In this document: positions 33,430 to 45,470 of the stretch, in pieces
Numbering within the stretch: the stretch's first letter is position 1
Layout: every line of letters starts with the position of its first letter
From: Eledone cirrhosa
Lineage: Eukaryota
NCBI GenBank assembly: GCA_964016885.1
Contig: OZ024753.1
Span: 26,350,001-26,414,000 of the forward strand
DNA: 64,000 nt
Direction: 5' to 3'
Notes under the pieces: model-generated
Databases searched by the model: none
Seen by the model: the letters and a program-made list of their open reading frames with translations, nothing else
What the model was told of the DNA's origin: nothing
Position numbers and translations under genes: made by a program

Positions 33430-36400
33430 TTAGGGTTAGGGTTAGGGTTAGGGTTAGGTTTGGGGTTGGGGTTGGTGTTAGGTTTGGGGTTGGGGTTGGA
33501 GTTGGGGTTTACGTCCAAAGTTTGTGGTTGGGGTTTAAGTCTAAATCTAAGTTTAAGTTTACATCTAAGTCTATGGGTTAGGGTTTAAGTCTAAGTCTAA
33601 TCCTTTGGGTTGGCGTTTATGTTAAGTCTAAAGCTGGGGTTTAAGTCTAAGGCTTGGAGTTCCGGTTTAAGTTTAAGTAGAAGGCTTGGGTTAGGGTTTA
33701 AATGTAAGCTTTGTGTTGGGGTTTAAGTCCAAGTCTAAGTTTAAGTTTACGTCTATGGCTAGAGGTTGGGGTTTAAATCCAAGTCTAAGGGTTGGGGTTT
33801 AAGTCTAAGTCTAAGTCTAAGGCTGGGGGTTGGGGTTTAAGTCTAAGGCTTGGGGTTCGGGTTTAAGTTTAAGTCGAAGGCTTGGGGTTAGGTTTAAGTG
33901 TAAGCTTTGGGTTGGGGTTTAAGTCTACGCCTAAGGCTTGAGGTTGGGGTTTAAGTCAAAGACTAAGTTTAAGTTTACGTCTAAGGTTGGGGTTTAGTCT
34001 AAGTCTAAGGGTTGGGGTTTAAGTCTAAGTCTAAGGCTAGGAGTTGGGGTTCAAATCTAAGTCTAACATTTGGGGTTGGGGTTTAAGTCTAAGTCTACAG
34101 CTTGCAGTTGGCGTGGGGTTTGGGTTTAAGTCTAAGGCTATGAGTCTAAGTCTAATGCTTTAAGGCTCTAAGGCTTTAAGTCTAAGTCTAATGCTAGTCT
34201 AAGTCTATGATTTGGGATTGGGGTTTAAATCTATGTCTAAGGCTTGGGGTTAGGGTTTAAGTCTAAGGCTTGTGATTTGGGTTTAAATCTAAAGCTTGGA
34301 GTTTAAGATTTGGGTTGAGGTTTAAGTCTAAGTCTAAGGCTTGGGGTTGGGGTTCAAGTCTAAGTTTAAGACTTGGGGTTGGGGTTTAATTTAAGGCTTG
34401 GGGGTTGTCGTTTAAGCCTAAGTCTAAAGCTTGGGGTTGGCGTTTAAGTCTAAGGCTGGGGGTTAGGGTTTATGTCTAAGGCCTGGTGTTGGGGTTTAAG
34501 TCTAAGTCTAAGACTAGGAGTTTGTGTATAAGTCTAAATCTAAGGCTTGGGGTTGGGGTTTATGTCTAAACCTTAAGACTTGGAGTTGGGATTTAAGTCT
34601 TAGTCTAAGGCTTGGGGTTTGGGTTTAAGTCTAAGTCTAAGGCTTGGGGTTGGGGTTTACATCTATGTCTATGGCTTGGGGTTTAAGTCTAAGGCTTAAT
34701 GTTGGGGTTTAAGTCTAAGTCTAAGGCTTGGGGTTGGGGTTTAAGTCTATGTCTAAGACTTGGGGTTGGAGTTTAAGTTTACGGGTTGGGCTAAGGCTTG
34801 GGGTTGGGGTTAGGTTTTAAGACTAAGTCTTGTTGTTAGGCTTGGTGTTGTGGTTTAAGTATAAGGCTTGGGGTTTACCTCTAAGTCTAAGGCTTTGGTT
34901 TGGGGTTAGTATCTACGTCTAAGGTATGAGGTTGGGGTTTAAGTCTAAGTCTAAGTCTTAGAGTTGGGGTTTAAGTTTACGTCTAAGGCTAGGGGTTGGG
35001 GTGTAAGTCTAAGTTTAAGGGTTGGGGTTTAACTCTAAGTGGTTGGGGTTTATGTCGAAATCTAAAGCTTAGGGTTGGGGTTTAAGTGTAAGTCTAAGGC
35101 TTGGTGTTGGGGTTTAAGTCTAAGTCTAAGGCTTTGGGTTAGGGTTTAAGTTTAAGGCTCAGGATTGGGATTGAGGTTTAAATTCTAAGTCTACGGCTTG
35201 TGGTTTAAGTGTAATCTAAGTCTTGGTGTTAGGGTTTAAGGCTAAGGCTTATGGTTTGGGTTTAAATCTAAGACTTGGAGTTTAAGATTCTAGGTCTAAG
35301 ATTCTTAGGTCTTAAGAGTCTAAGTCTAAGGTTTGGGGTTGGGGTTTAAGTCTAAGGTTTGTTGTTAGGGTTTAATTCTAAGTCTAAGGCTAAGAGTTGG
35401 TGCTTAAGTCAAAGTGTAAGGCTTGGGGTTGGGGTTTATGTCTAAGGCTTGTGGTTATGGTTTAATTCTGAGGCTTGGAGTTGGGGTTTAAGTCTAAGTC
35501 TAAGGCTTGGGGTTGGGGTTCAAGTCTAAGTCTAAGGCTTGGAGTTGGGGTTTAAGTCTATGTCTAAGGCTTGAGGTTGGGGTTTAAATCTATGTCTATG
35601 GCTTGGGGTTTAAATCTAAGTCTAAGGCTTAGGGTTGGGGTTTAAATCTAAGTCTAAGTCTTGTGGTTGGGTTTTATGTCGAAGTCTAAACTTGGGGTTG
35701 GGGTTTAAGTCTATGTCTAAGGTTTGGGATTAGGGTTTAAGCCTAAGATTGAGGCTTGGGGTTGGGGTTTAAGTCTAAGTCTATGACTTTGGGTTGGCGT
35801 TTAAATCTATGTCTTGGGGTTTAAATCTAAGTCTAAGGCTTAATGTTGGGTTGGGCTAAGGCTTGGGGTTGGTGTTAGGTTGTAAGTTTAAGGCTTGTTA
35901 TTAGGGCTTCATTGTAAGGCTTGGGATTGTGTTTTAAGTCTATGTATAAGGCTTAGGGTTTTGTTTAATTCTAAATCTAAGGCTTTTGTTTGGACTTAGT
36001 GTCTACGTCTAAGGCTTGAGGTTGGGGTTTAAGTCTAAGTCTATGTCTTGGAGTTTGGGTTTGGGTTTAAGTTTACGTCTAAGGTAAGGGGCTGGGGTGT
36101 AAATCTAAATCTAAGGCATGAGGTTGGGGTTTAAGTCTAAGTCTAAGTCTAAGGCTTTGGTTTGAGGTTTAAGTCTAAGTCTAAGGCTTGTTGTTGTGAT
36201 TTAAGTCTAAGTGTACGGCTTGGGGTTCAGGTTTAAGTCTAAGCCTAAGGATTTGTTTGTCGTCCAACTCTAAAGCTTGGCGTTTGGGTTTAAGTCTAAC
36301 GCTGGTGGTTATGGTTTAATTCTAGGTCTTGGAATTGGGGATTACGTCTAAGTCTAAAGTTTGGGGTTGGGGTTTAAGTCTAAGTCTAAGTCTTGAGGTT

Positions 36401-39140
36401 GGGGTTTAAATCTATGACTTAGGGTTCATGTCTAAGTCTAAGGCTTTGGGTTTGGGGTTATGTCTAAGTCTAAGACTTTGGGTTGGTGTTTAAGTTTAAG
36501 GCTTGGGGGTTGGGATTTAAGCCTAAGTCTAATGCTTGGAGTTGGGGTTTAAGGCTAAGGCTTGGGGTTAGGGTTTATGTCTAAGGCTTGGGGTTGGGGT
36601 TTAAGTTTAAGTCTAAGGCTAGGAGTTGGTGTTTAAGTCTAAATCCAGGGCTTGGGGTTGGGGTTTAAGTCTAAGTCTAAGGCTTGGGGTTGGGGTTTAC
36701 ATCTATGTCTATGGCTTGGGGTTTAAGTCTAAGGCTTAATGTTGGAGTTTAAGTCTAAGTCTAAGGCTTGGGGTTGGGGTTTAAGTCTATGTCTAAGACT
36801 TGGGGTTGGAGTTTAAGTTTACGGGTTGGGCTAAGGCTTGGGGTTGGGGTTAGGTTTTAAGACTAAGTCTTGTTGTTAGGGTATATTTCTAAGGCTTGGT
36901 GTTGTGGTTTGACTCTAAGTCTAAGGCTTTGGTTGGGGGTTAGTGTCTACGTCTAAGGCTTGAGGTTGGGGTTTAAGTCTAAGTCTAAGTTTTAGAGTTG
37001 GGGTTTAAATTTACGTCTAAGGCTAGGGCTTGGGGTGTAAGTCTAAGTTTAAGGGTTGGGGTTGGGGTTTAAGTCTAAGTCTAAGCCTTGGGGTTGGGGT
37101 TAGGGTTTAAGTCTAATGCCTTGAGTTGAGCTTTAAGTCTTAGACTAAGGCTTGGGGTTGGGGTTTATGTCTAAGTCTAAGGCTTGGTATTAGGGTTTAA
37201 ATTTAAGTCTAAAGCTTCGGTTTGGGGTTTAAGTCTAATTCTAAGGCTTTGGGTAGAGGTTTAAGTCTACGTCTAAGGCTTGGGGTTGGACTTTAAGTCT
37301 AAGTGTTGGGGTTGGAAATTAAATCTATGTCCAAGGCTTTGGTTTTTGGTTTAAATATAAATGTAAGGCTTGGGGGTTTGTGATTAAGCCTAAGTCTAAG
37401 GCGTGGGGTTGGGATTTAAGTCTAATACTTGTGGTTAGGATTTAAGTCTAAGGCTTGGTGTTGGCGTTTAAGTCTATGTCTAAGGCTTGGGTTCGGCGTT
37501 TAATTTTAAGTCTAAGGCTAGGAGTTGGTGTTTAAGTCTAAATCTAAGGCTTGGGGTTGGGGTTTATGTCTAAGCCTTGTGGATATGGTTTAATTCTAAG
37601 ACTTGGAGTTGGGGTTTAAGTCTAAGTCTAAGGCTTGGGGTTGGGGTTTAAGTCTAAGTGTAAGGCTTAATGTTGGGGTTTAAGTCTAAGTCTAAGGCTT
37701 GGGGTTGGGGTTTAAGTCTATGTCTAAGACTTGGGGTTGGAGTTTAAGTTTACGGGTTGGGCTAAGGCTTGGGGTTGGGGTTAGGTTTTAAGACTAAGTC
37801 TTGTTGTTAGGGTATAATTCTAAGGCTTGGTGTTGTGGTTTGACTCTAAGTCTAAGGCTTTGGTTTGGGGTTAGTATCTACGTCTAAGGCTTGAGGTTGG
37901 GGTTTAAGTCTAAGTCTACGTTTTAGAGTTGGGGTTTAAATTTACGTCTAAGGCTAGGGCTTGGGGTGTAAGTCTAAGTTTAAGGGTTGGAGTTGGGGTT
38001 TAAGTCTAAGTCTAAGCCTTGGGGTTGGGGTTAGGGTTTAAGTCTAATGCCTTGAGTTGAGCTTTAAGTCTTAGACTAAGGCTTGGGGTTGGGGTTTATG
38101 TCTAAGTCTAAGGCTTGGTATTAGGGTTTAAGTTTAAGTCTAAAGCTTCGGTTTGGGGTTTAAGTCTAATTCTAAGGCTTTGGGTAGAGGTTTAAGTCTA
38201 CGTCTAATGCTTGGGGTTGGACTTTAAGTCTAAGTGTTGGGGTTGGAAATTAAATCTATGTCCAAGGCTTTGGTTTTTGGTTTAAATATAAATGTAAGGC
38301 TTGGGGGTTTGTGATTAAGCCTAAGTCTAAGGCGTGGGGTTGGGATTTAAGTCTAATACTTGTGGTTAGGATTTAAGTCTAAGGCTTGGTGTTGGCGTTT
38401 AAGTCTATGCCTAAGGCTTGGGTTCGGCGTTTAATTTTAAGTCTAAGGCTAGAAGTTGGTGTTTAAGTCTAAATCTAAGGCTTGGGGTTGGGGTGTAAGT
38501 CTAAGTATAAGGGTTGGGGTTTGTGTTTAAGTCTAAGTCTAAGGCTTGGTGTTGGGGTTTAAGTCTAATTCTAAGGCTTTGGGTAGAGGTTTAAATCTAC
38601 TTCTAAGGCTTGGGGTTGGACTTTAAGTCTAAGTGTTGGGGTTGGAAAGTAAGTCTTTGTCCAAGGTTTTGGTTTTGAGTTTAAATATAAATGTAAGGCT
38701 TGGGGGGTTTGTGTTTAAGCCTAAGTCTAAGGCGTGGGGTTGGGTTTTAAGTCTAAGACTTGGGTTTAGGATTTAAGTCTAAGGCTTGGTTTTGGGGTTT
38801 AAATCTAAGTCTAATGCTAGTGGTTGGGTTTTAAGTTATGCTAGTGGTTGAGGTTTAAGTCTAAGTCTAAGGCTTGGGCTTGGGCTTGAAGTCTATGTCT
38901 AAGGCTTGGGGTTGGGGTTGAAGTTTAAATCTAAGGCTTTGGGTTTGGGTTTAAATCTATGTCTAAGGCTTGGGGTTTGGGTTTAAGTCTAACTCTAAGG
39001 CTTGGTGTTGGGTTTAAGTCTACGGCTTGTGGTTATGGTTTAATTTTAAGGCTTGCGGTTGGGGTTTATGTCTAAGTCTAAGTCTTGTGGTTGGGGTTTA
39101 AGTCTAACGCTAAGGCTTGGGTTTGTGGTTTAAGTCTAAG
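33430..39140 (+). repeat. (TTAGGG)4 head plus 32-bp satellite S1, copy 2
   Basis: Duplicate of 8105-13815. Confidence 0.95.
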
Positions 39141-39435
39141 TTGGATCGTAGTGCGCATGCGCCAAGTTTGGACAGCAGTGCGCATGCGCAGTACGGTCCA
39201 ACCTTAGCGCATGCGCACTACGGTCCAACCTTCGCGCATGCGAACTATGGTCCAACCTTAGCGCATGCGCAGTGCTGTCCAACGTTCGCGCATGCGCTGT
39301 GCGGTCCGACCTTCGTGCAACGCATTACGGTCCAACCTTAGCGCATGCGCAGTGCTGTCCAACCTTGGAGCATGCGCAGTGCGCAGTGGGCTATTTCCGG
39401 TTGTTTCCGGGTATTTCCGGTTATTTCCGGGTATT
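39141..39435. promoter_or_regulatory. Cassette C1 (27-bp GCGCATGCGC array plus 4 phased TTTCCGG), copy 2
   Basis: Duplicate of 13816-14110. Confidence 0.55.
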
Positions 39436-40223
39436 CAATTAAATTAAATAATATTAAATAAAATAAAATAAAATAAAATAAAATAAAATTAAATTAAATT
39501 TTATTTTATTTTAATTTATTTTATTTTATTTTTATTTTATTTAATTATTTAATTAATTAATTAATTATTTTATTTAATTAATTAATTAATTATTTTATTT
39601 AATTAATTAATTAATTATTTTATTTAATTAATTAATTAATTATTTTATTTAATTAATTAATTAATTAATTTTATTTAATTGATTAATTAATTAAATTAAA
39701 TTTTAATTAATTATTTAATTAATTAATTAATTAAATTAATTAAAATAAATAAAATAAAATAAAATAAAATAAATTAAACTAAATTAAATAATTAATTAAT
39801 TAATTAATTAATTAATTTAAATTAATTTAATTTAATTTAATTTAATTTAACCCTAACCCCAAACCCAAACCACAAACAAACCTTTTATTTTATTTTATTT
39901 TATTTTATTTTATTTTATTTTTATTATTTTATTTTATTTTATTTTATTTTATTTTATTTCATTTTATTTAATTAATTTATTTATTTATTTTTTATTATTT
40001 TAATTCATTTTAATTTAATTTAATTTAATTTAATTTAATTTAATTTAATTTAATTTAATTAATTTAATTTAAAAAACGAAGCGAAACCGGGGTAACTAAA
40101 AAACCAAACGAAACGAAACCTGGGAACCTAAAAAACCAAATGAAACGAAACCGGGGAAACTGAAAAACCAAACCAAACGAAACCGGAGAACCTAAAAAAT
40201 CAAACGAAACGAAACTGGTTTCG
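39436..40223. repeat. AT tracts, telomeric stub and 32-bp A-rich repeat, copy 2
   Basis: Duplicate of 14111-14898. Confidence 0.9.
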
Positions 40224-40224
40224 G

Positions 40225-40522
40225 GGTTGGACCGTAGTGCGCATGCGCGAAGTTCGGACTGCCTTGCGCATGCGCCAAGTTTGGACAGCACTGCGCATGC
40301 GCACTACGGTCCAACCTTCGCGCATGCGCACTATGGTCCAACCTTAGCGTATGCGCAGTGCTGTCCAACCTTCGCGCATGCGCTATGCGGTCCGACCTTT
40401 GCGCATTCGCAGTATTGTCACACCTTTGCGCATACGCACTACGGTCCAACCTTAGCGCATGCGGAGTGCGCAGTGGGCTATTTCCGGGTGTTTCCGGGTA
40501 TTTCCGGTTATTTCCGGGTATT
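40225..40522. promoter_or_regulatory. Cassette C2 (27-bp GCGCATGCGC array plus 4 phased TTTCCGG), copy 2
   Basis: Duplicate of 14900-15197. Confidence 0.55.
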
Positions 40523-40801
40523 AAATAAAGTTAAATTAAATTAGATTAAATTAAATTAAATTAAATTAATTAATTAATTTATTAAATTTATTTTATTTTA
40601 TTTTATTTTAATTAATTTAATTAATTAATTAATTTAATTGATTAATTAATTATTTAAATTTTATTAATTAATTAATTAATTAATTAAATTAATTAAAATA
40701 AATTAAAATAAAATAAAATAAATTAAATTAAATAAAATAATTAATTAATTAATTAATTAATTAATTTTAATTAATTTAATTTAATTTAATTTAATTTAAT
40801 T
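40523..40801. repeat. Near-pure AT tract, copy 2
   Basis: Duplicate of 15198-15476. Confidence 0.92.
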
Positions 40802-43800
40802 TAACCCTAACCCCAAACCCGAACCACAAACCCAAACCCAAACTCTAATACTAACCCAAATCGAAATCCTAACCCTAACCCTAACCCTAACGCAAACCCT
40901 AACCCTAAGCCTAACCCAAACCTCAAAACCAACCCTAACCCTAACCCTAACTCTAACCCACATCCAAACCCTAAATTAACCCCAACCCAAACACTAACCC
41001 AAACCCTAAACCTAACCCTAACCCTAACCCTAACACAAACCCAAACACTAAACCTAACCCTATCACTAACCCCATCCCTAAAACTAACCCAAATCCAATC
41101 CTAACCCTAACCCTAACCCAAACCCCGAACCTAACACTTACCGTAACCCTAACCCTAACTCCAACTCCAACACTAACCCCAACTCCAACCCCAAACCCAA
41201 ACCTAACCATAACGCTAACCATAACCCTAACCCTAAACCTAACCCTAACCAAAACCTCAACACCAACCCTTACCCTAACCCTAATCCTAACCCAAAAGCT
41301 AACGCTAACCCTAACCCTAACCCAAACCCAAACCCTAACTTAACCCTAACCCAAACACTAACCCAAACCCTGCACCTAACCCTAACCCTAACCCTAATCC
41401 TTAACCTAACACTAACATAAACATTAACCCTAAACATAACCCTTATCCAAACACAAACCCAAACCCTAAAACAAACCCTAACCCTAACACTAACCGCAAA
41501 ACTAACCTTATCCCTAACCCAAACCCAACCCCAAACCCTAACACTAACCCAAACCTTAAAACTAACCCAAATCCTAACCCTAACCCTAACCCTAACTCTA
41601 ACCCTAACCCAAACCCTAATCGTAACCCTAACCCAAACCCAACCCAAACCCAAACCCTTACCCTAACCCTAACCCAAACCCAAACCCTAACCCTAATCCT
41701 AACCCCAAACCAAACCCTAATCCTAAATCTAACCCTAACCCTAACCCAAACCAAAACTCTTACCCTAACTCTAACCCTAACCCTTACCCTAACCCTAATC
41801 CAAACCCTAAACCTAACACTAACCCTAACCCTAACCCTAACCCAAAACCTAACCCTAACCCTAACCGTATCACTAACCCCAAAATAACACTAACCCACAT
41901 CCTAAAACCTTACCCTAACCCTAACACAAACCCAAACCCTAAACCTAACCCTATCACTAAACCCAACCCAAACACTAACCCAAATCCTAACCCTAACCCT
42001 AACCCTAACACAAACCCCAAACCTAACACTAACCGTAACACTAACCCTAACACCAACCCCAACACTAACCCCAACTCCAACCCCAACACCATCCCCAACC
42101 CAAACCCCAAACCTAACCCTAACCCTAACCCTAACCCTAACCCTAACCCTAACCCTAACCCAAACCCTAACCCTAAACCTAACCCTACCCCAAACCTTAA
42201 CCCTAGCCCCAAATCTAACCATAACCCTAACACTAACCCCAACCATAACCCTAACCCTAAACCTAAACCTAAACCTAAACCTAACCCTAACCCTAGCCCT
42301 AACCCTAACCCTAAACGTAACCCAAACCCTAACCCTAACCCTAACACCAGCTTTAACCCCAACCCTAACTCTAACCCTAACCCTAACCCTAACCCTAACC
42401 CTAACCCAAACCCTAACCCTGAACCTAACCCTACCCCAAACCTTAACCCTAGCCCCAAATCTAACCATAACCCTAACACTAACCCCAACCATAACCCTAA
42501 CCCTAAACCTAACCCTAAACCTAAACCTAACCCTAACCCTAGCCCTAACCCTAACCCTAAACGTAACCCAAACCCTAACCCTAACCCTAACACCAGCTTT
42601 AACCCCAACCCTAACCCTAACCCTAACCCTAACCCTAACCCTAACCCTAACCCAAACCCTAACCCTAAACCTAACCCTACCCCAAACCTTAACCCTAGCC
42701 CCAAATCTAACCATAACCCTAACACTAACCCCAACCATAACCCTAACCCTAAACCTAACCCTAAACCTAAACCTAACCCTAACCCTAGCCCTAACCCTAA
42801 CCCTAAACGTAACCCAAACCCTAACCCTAACCCTAACACCAGCTTTAACCCCAACCCTAACCCTAACCCTAACCCTAACCCTAACCCTAAATGTAACCCA
42901 AACCCTAACCCTAACCCTAACCCAAACCCTAATCTAACACAAACCCAAACCCTAACCTAACCCTAAACCAAATCCCAAACCTAACACTAACCGTAACACT
43001 ATCCCCAACTCCAACCCCAACCCCATCACCAACCCCAACCCCAAACCTAACCCTAACCGTAACCCTAATCCTAACCCTAACCCTAACCATAATCCTAACC
43101 CTAACCCAAACCCTAACCCTAACCCAAACCTTAACCCTAACCCCAAACCTAACCCTAATCCTAACCCTAACCCCAACCCTAACCCTAACCCTAAACCTAA
43201 CCCTAACCCTAAACCTAACCCTAACCCTAGCCCTAAACGTAACCCAAACCCAAACACTAACCCTAACTCTAACCCTAAGCCCACTTTAACCCTAACCTTA
43301 ACCCTAACCCTAACCCTAACCCTAACCCTAAACGTAACCCTAAACGTAACCCTAACCCTAACCCTAACCCAAACCCTAATCTAACACAAACCCAAACCCT
43401 AACCTAACCCTAACCCAAACCTTAACCCTATCCCTAACCCTAACCCTAACCCTAACCCTAACCCTAGCCCTAACCCTAAACGTAACCCAAACCCTAACCC
43501 TAACCCTAACCCAAACCCTAACCCTAAACCTAACCCTACCCCAAACCTTAACCCTAGCCCCAAATCTAACCATAACCCTAACACTAACCCCAACCATAAC
43601 CCTAACCCTAAACCTAACCCTAAACCTAAACCTAACCCTAACCCTAGCCCGAACCCTAACCCTAAACGTAACCCAAACCCTAACCCTAACCCTAACACCA
43701 GCTTTAACCCCAACCCTAACTCTAACCCTAACCCTAACCCAAACCCTAACCCTAAACCTAACCCTACCCCAAACCTTAACCCTAGCCCCAAATCTAACCA

Positions 43801-45377
43801 TAACCCTAACACTAACCCCAACCATAACCCTAACCCTAAACCTAACCCTAAACCTAAACCTAACCCTAACCCTAGCCCTAACCCTAACCCTAAACGTAAC
43901 CCAAACCCTAACCCTAACCCTAACACCAGCTTTAACCCCAACCCTAACCCTAACCCTAACCCTAACCCTAACCCTAACCCTAACCCAAACCCTAACCCTA
44001 AACCTAACCCTACCCCAAACCTTAACCCTAGCCCCAAATCTAACCATAACCCTAACACTAACCCCAACCATAACCCTAACCCTAAACCTAACCCTAAACC
44101 TAAACCTAACCCTAACCCTAGCCCTAACCCTAACCCTAAACGTAACCCAAACCCTAACCCTAACCCTAACACCAGCTTTAACCCCAACCCTAACCCTAAC
44201 CCTAACCCTAACCCTAAATGTAACCCAAACCCTAACCCTAACCCTAACCCAAACCCTAATCTAACACAAGCCCAAACCCTAACCTAACCCTAAACCAAAT
44301 CCCAAACCTAACACTAACCGTAACACTATCCCCAACTCCAACCCCAACCCCATCACCAACCCCAACCCCAAACCTAACCCTAACCGTAACCCTAATCCTA
44401 ACCCTAAACCTAACCATAATCCTAACCCTAACCCAAACCCTAACCCTAACCCTAACCCAAACCATAACCCTAACCCCAAACCCTAACCCTAACCCTAACC
44501 CTAACCCCAACCCTAACCCTAACCCTAAACCTAACCCTAACCCTAAACCTAACCCTAACCCTAGCCCTAAACGTAACCCAAACCCAAACACTAACCCTAA
44601 CTCTAACCCTAAGCCCACTTTAACCCTAACCTTAACCCTAACCCTAACCCTAACCCTAACCCTAACCCTAACCCTAAACGTAACCCTAAACGTAACCCTA
44701 ACCCTAACCCTAACCCAAACCCTAATCTAACACAAACCCAAACCCTAACCTAACCCTAACCCAAACCTTAACCCTATCCCTAACCCTAACCCTAACCCTA
44801 ATCCTAACCCTAACCCCAACCCTAACCCTAACCCTAAACCTAACCCTAACCCTAAACCTAACCCTAACCCTAGCCCTAAACGTAACCCAAACCCAAACAC
44901 TAACCCTAACTCTAACCCTAAGCCCACTTTAACCCTAACCTTAACCCTAACCCTAACCCTAACCCTAACCCTAACCCTAACCCTAAACGTAACCCTAAAC
45001 GTAACCCTAACCCTAACCCTAACCCAAACCCTAATCTAACACAAATCCAAACCCTAACCTAACCCTAACCCAAACCTTAACCCTATCCCTAACCCTAACC
45101 CTAACCCTAACCCTAACCCTAGCCCTAACCCTAAACGTAACCCGAACCCTAACCCTAACCCTAACCCAAACCCTAATCTAACACAAACACAAACCCTAAC
45201 CTAACCCTAACCCAAACCCCAAACCTAACACTAACCGTAACACTAACCCTAACTCCAACCCCAACACTAACCCCAACTCCAACGCCAACCCCAACCCCAA
45301 TCCCAAACCTAACCCTAACCCTAAACTTAACCCTAAGCCTAACCGTAACCCTAACCCTAACCCTAACCTTAATCCTA
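40802..45377 (-). repeat. 4.6-kb interstitial telomeric (CCCTAA)n array, copy 2
   Basis: Duplicate of 15477-20058, one hexamer shorter near 44190-44217. Confidence 0.97.
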
Positions 45378-45470
45378 TGTTTCGAAGTACTTTTGATATC
45401 TTTGTTTTACCAATCAATCTGTTTGCAAATTGAATTTTTTGGCATTTTTCAAGTTATACGTATGTTTTCT
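45378..45470. other. 93-bp linker L, copy 2
   Basis: Duplicate of 20059-20151 at +25319. Confidence 0.9.
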
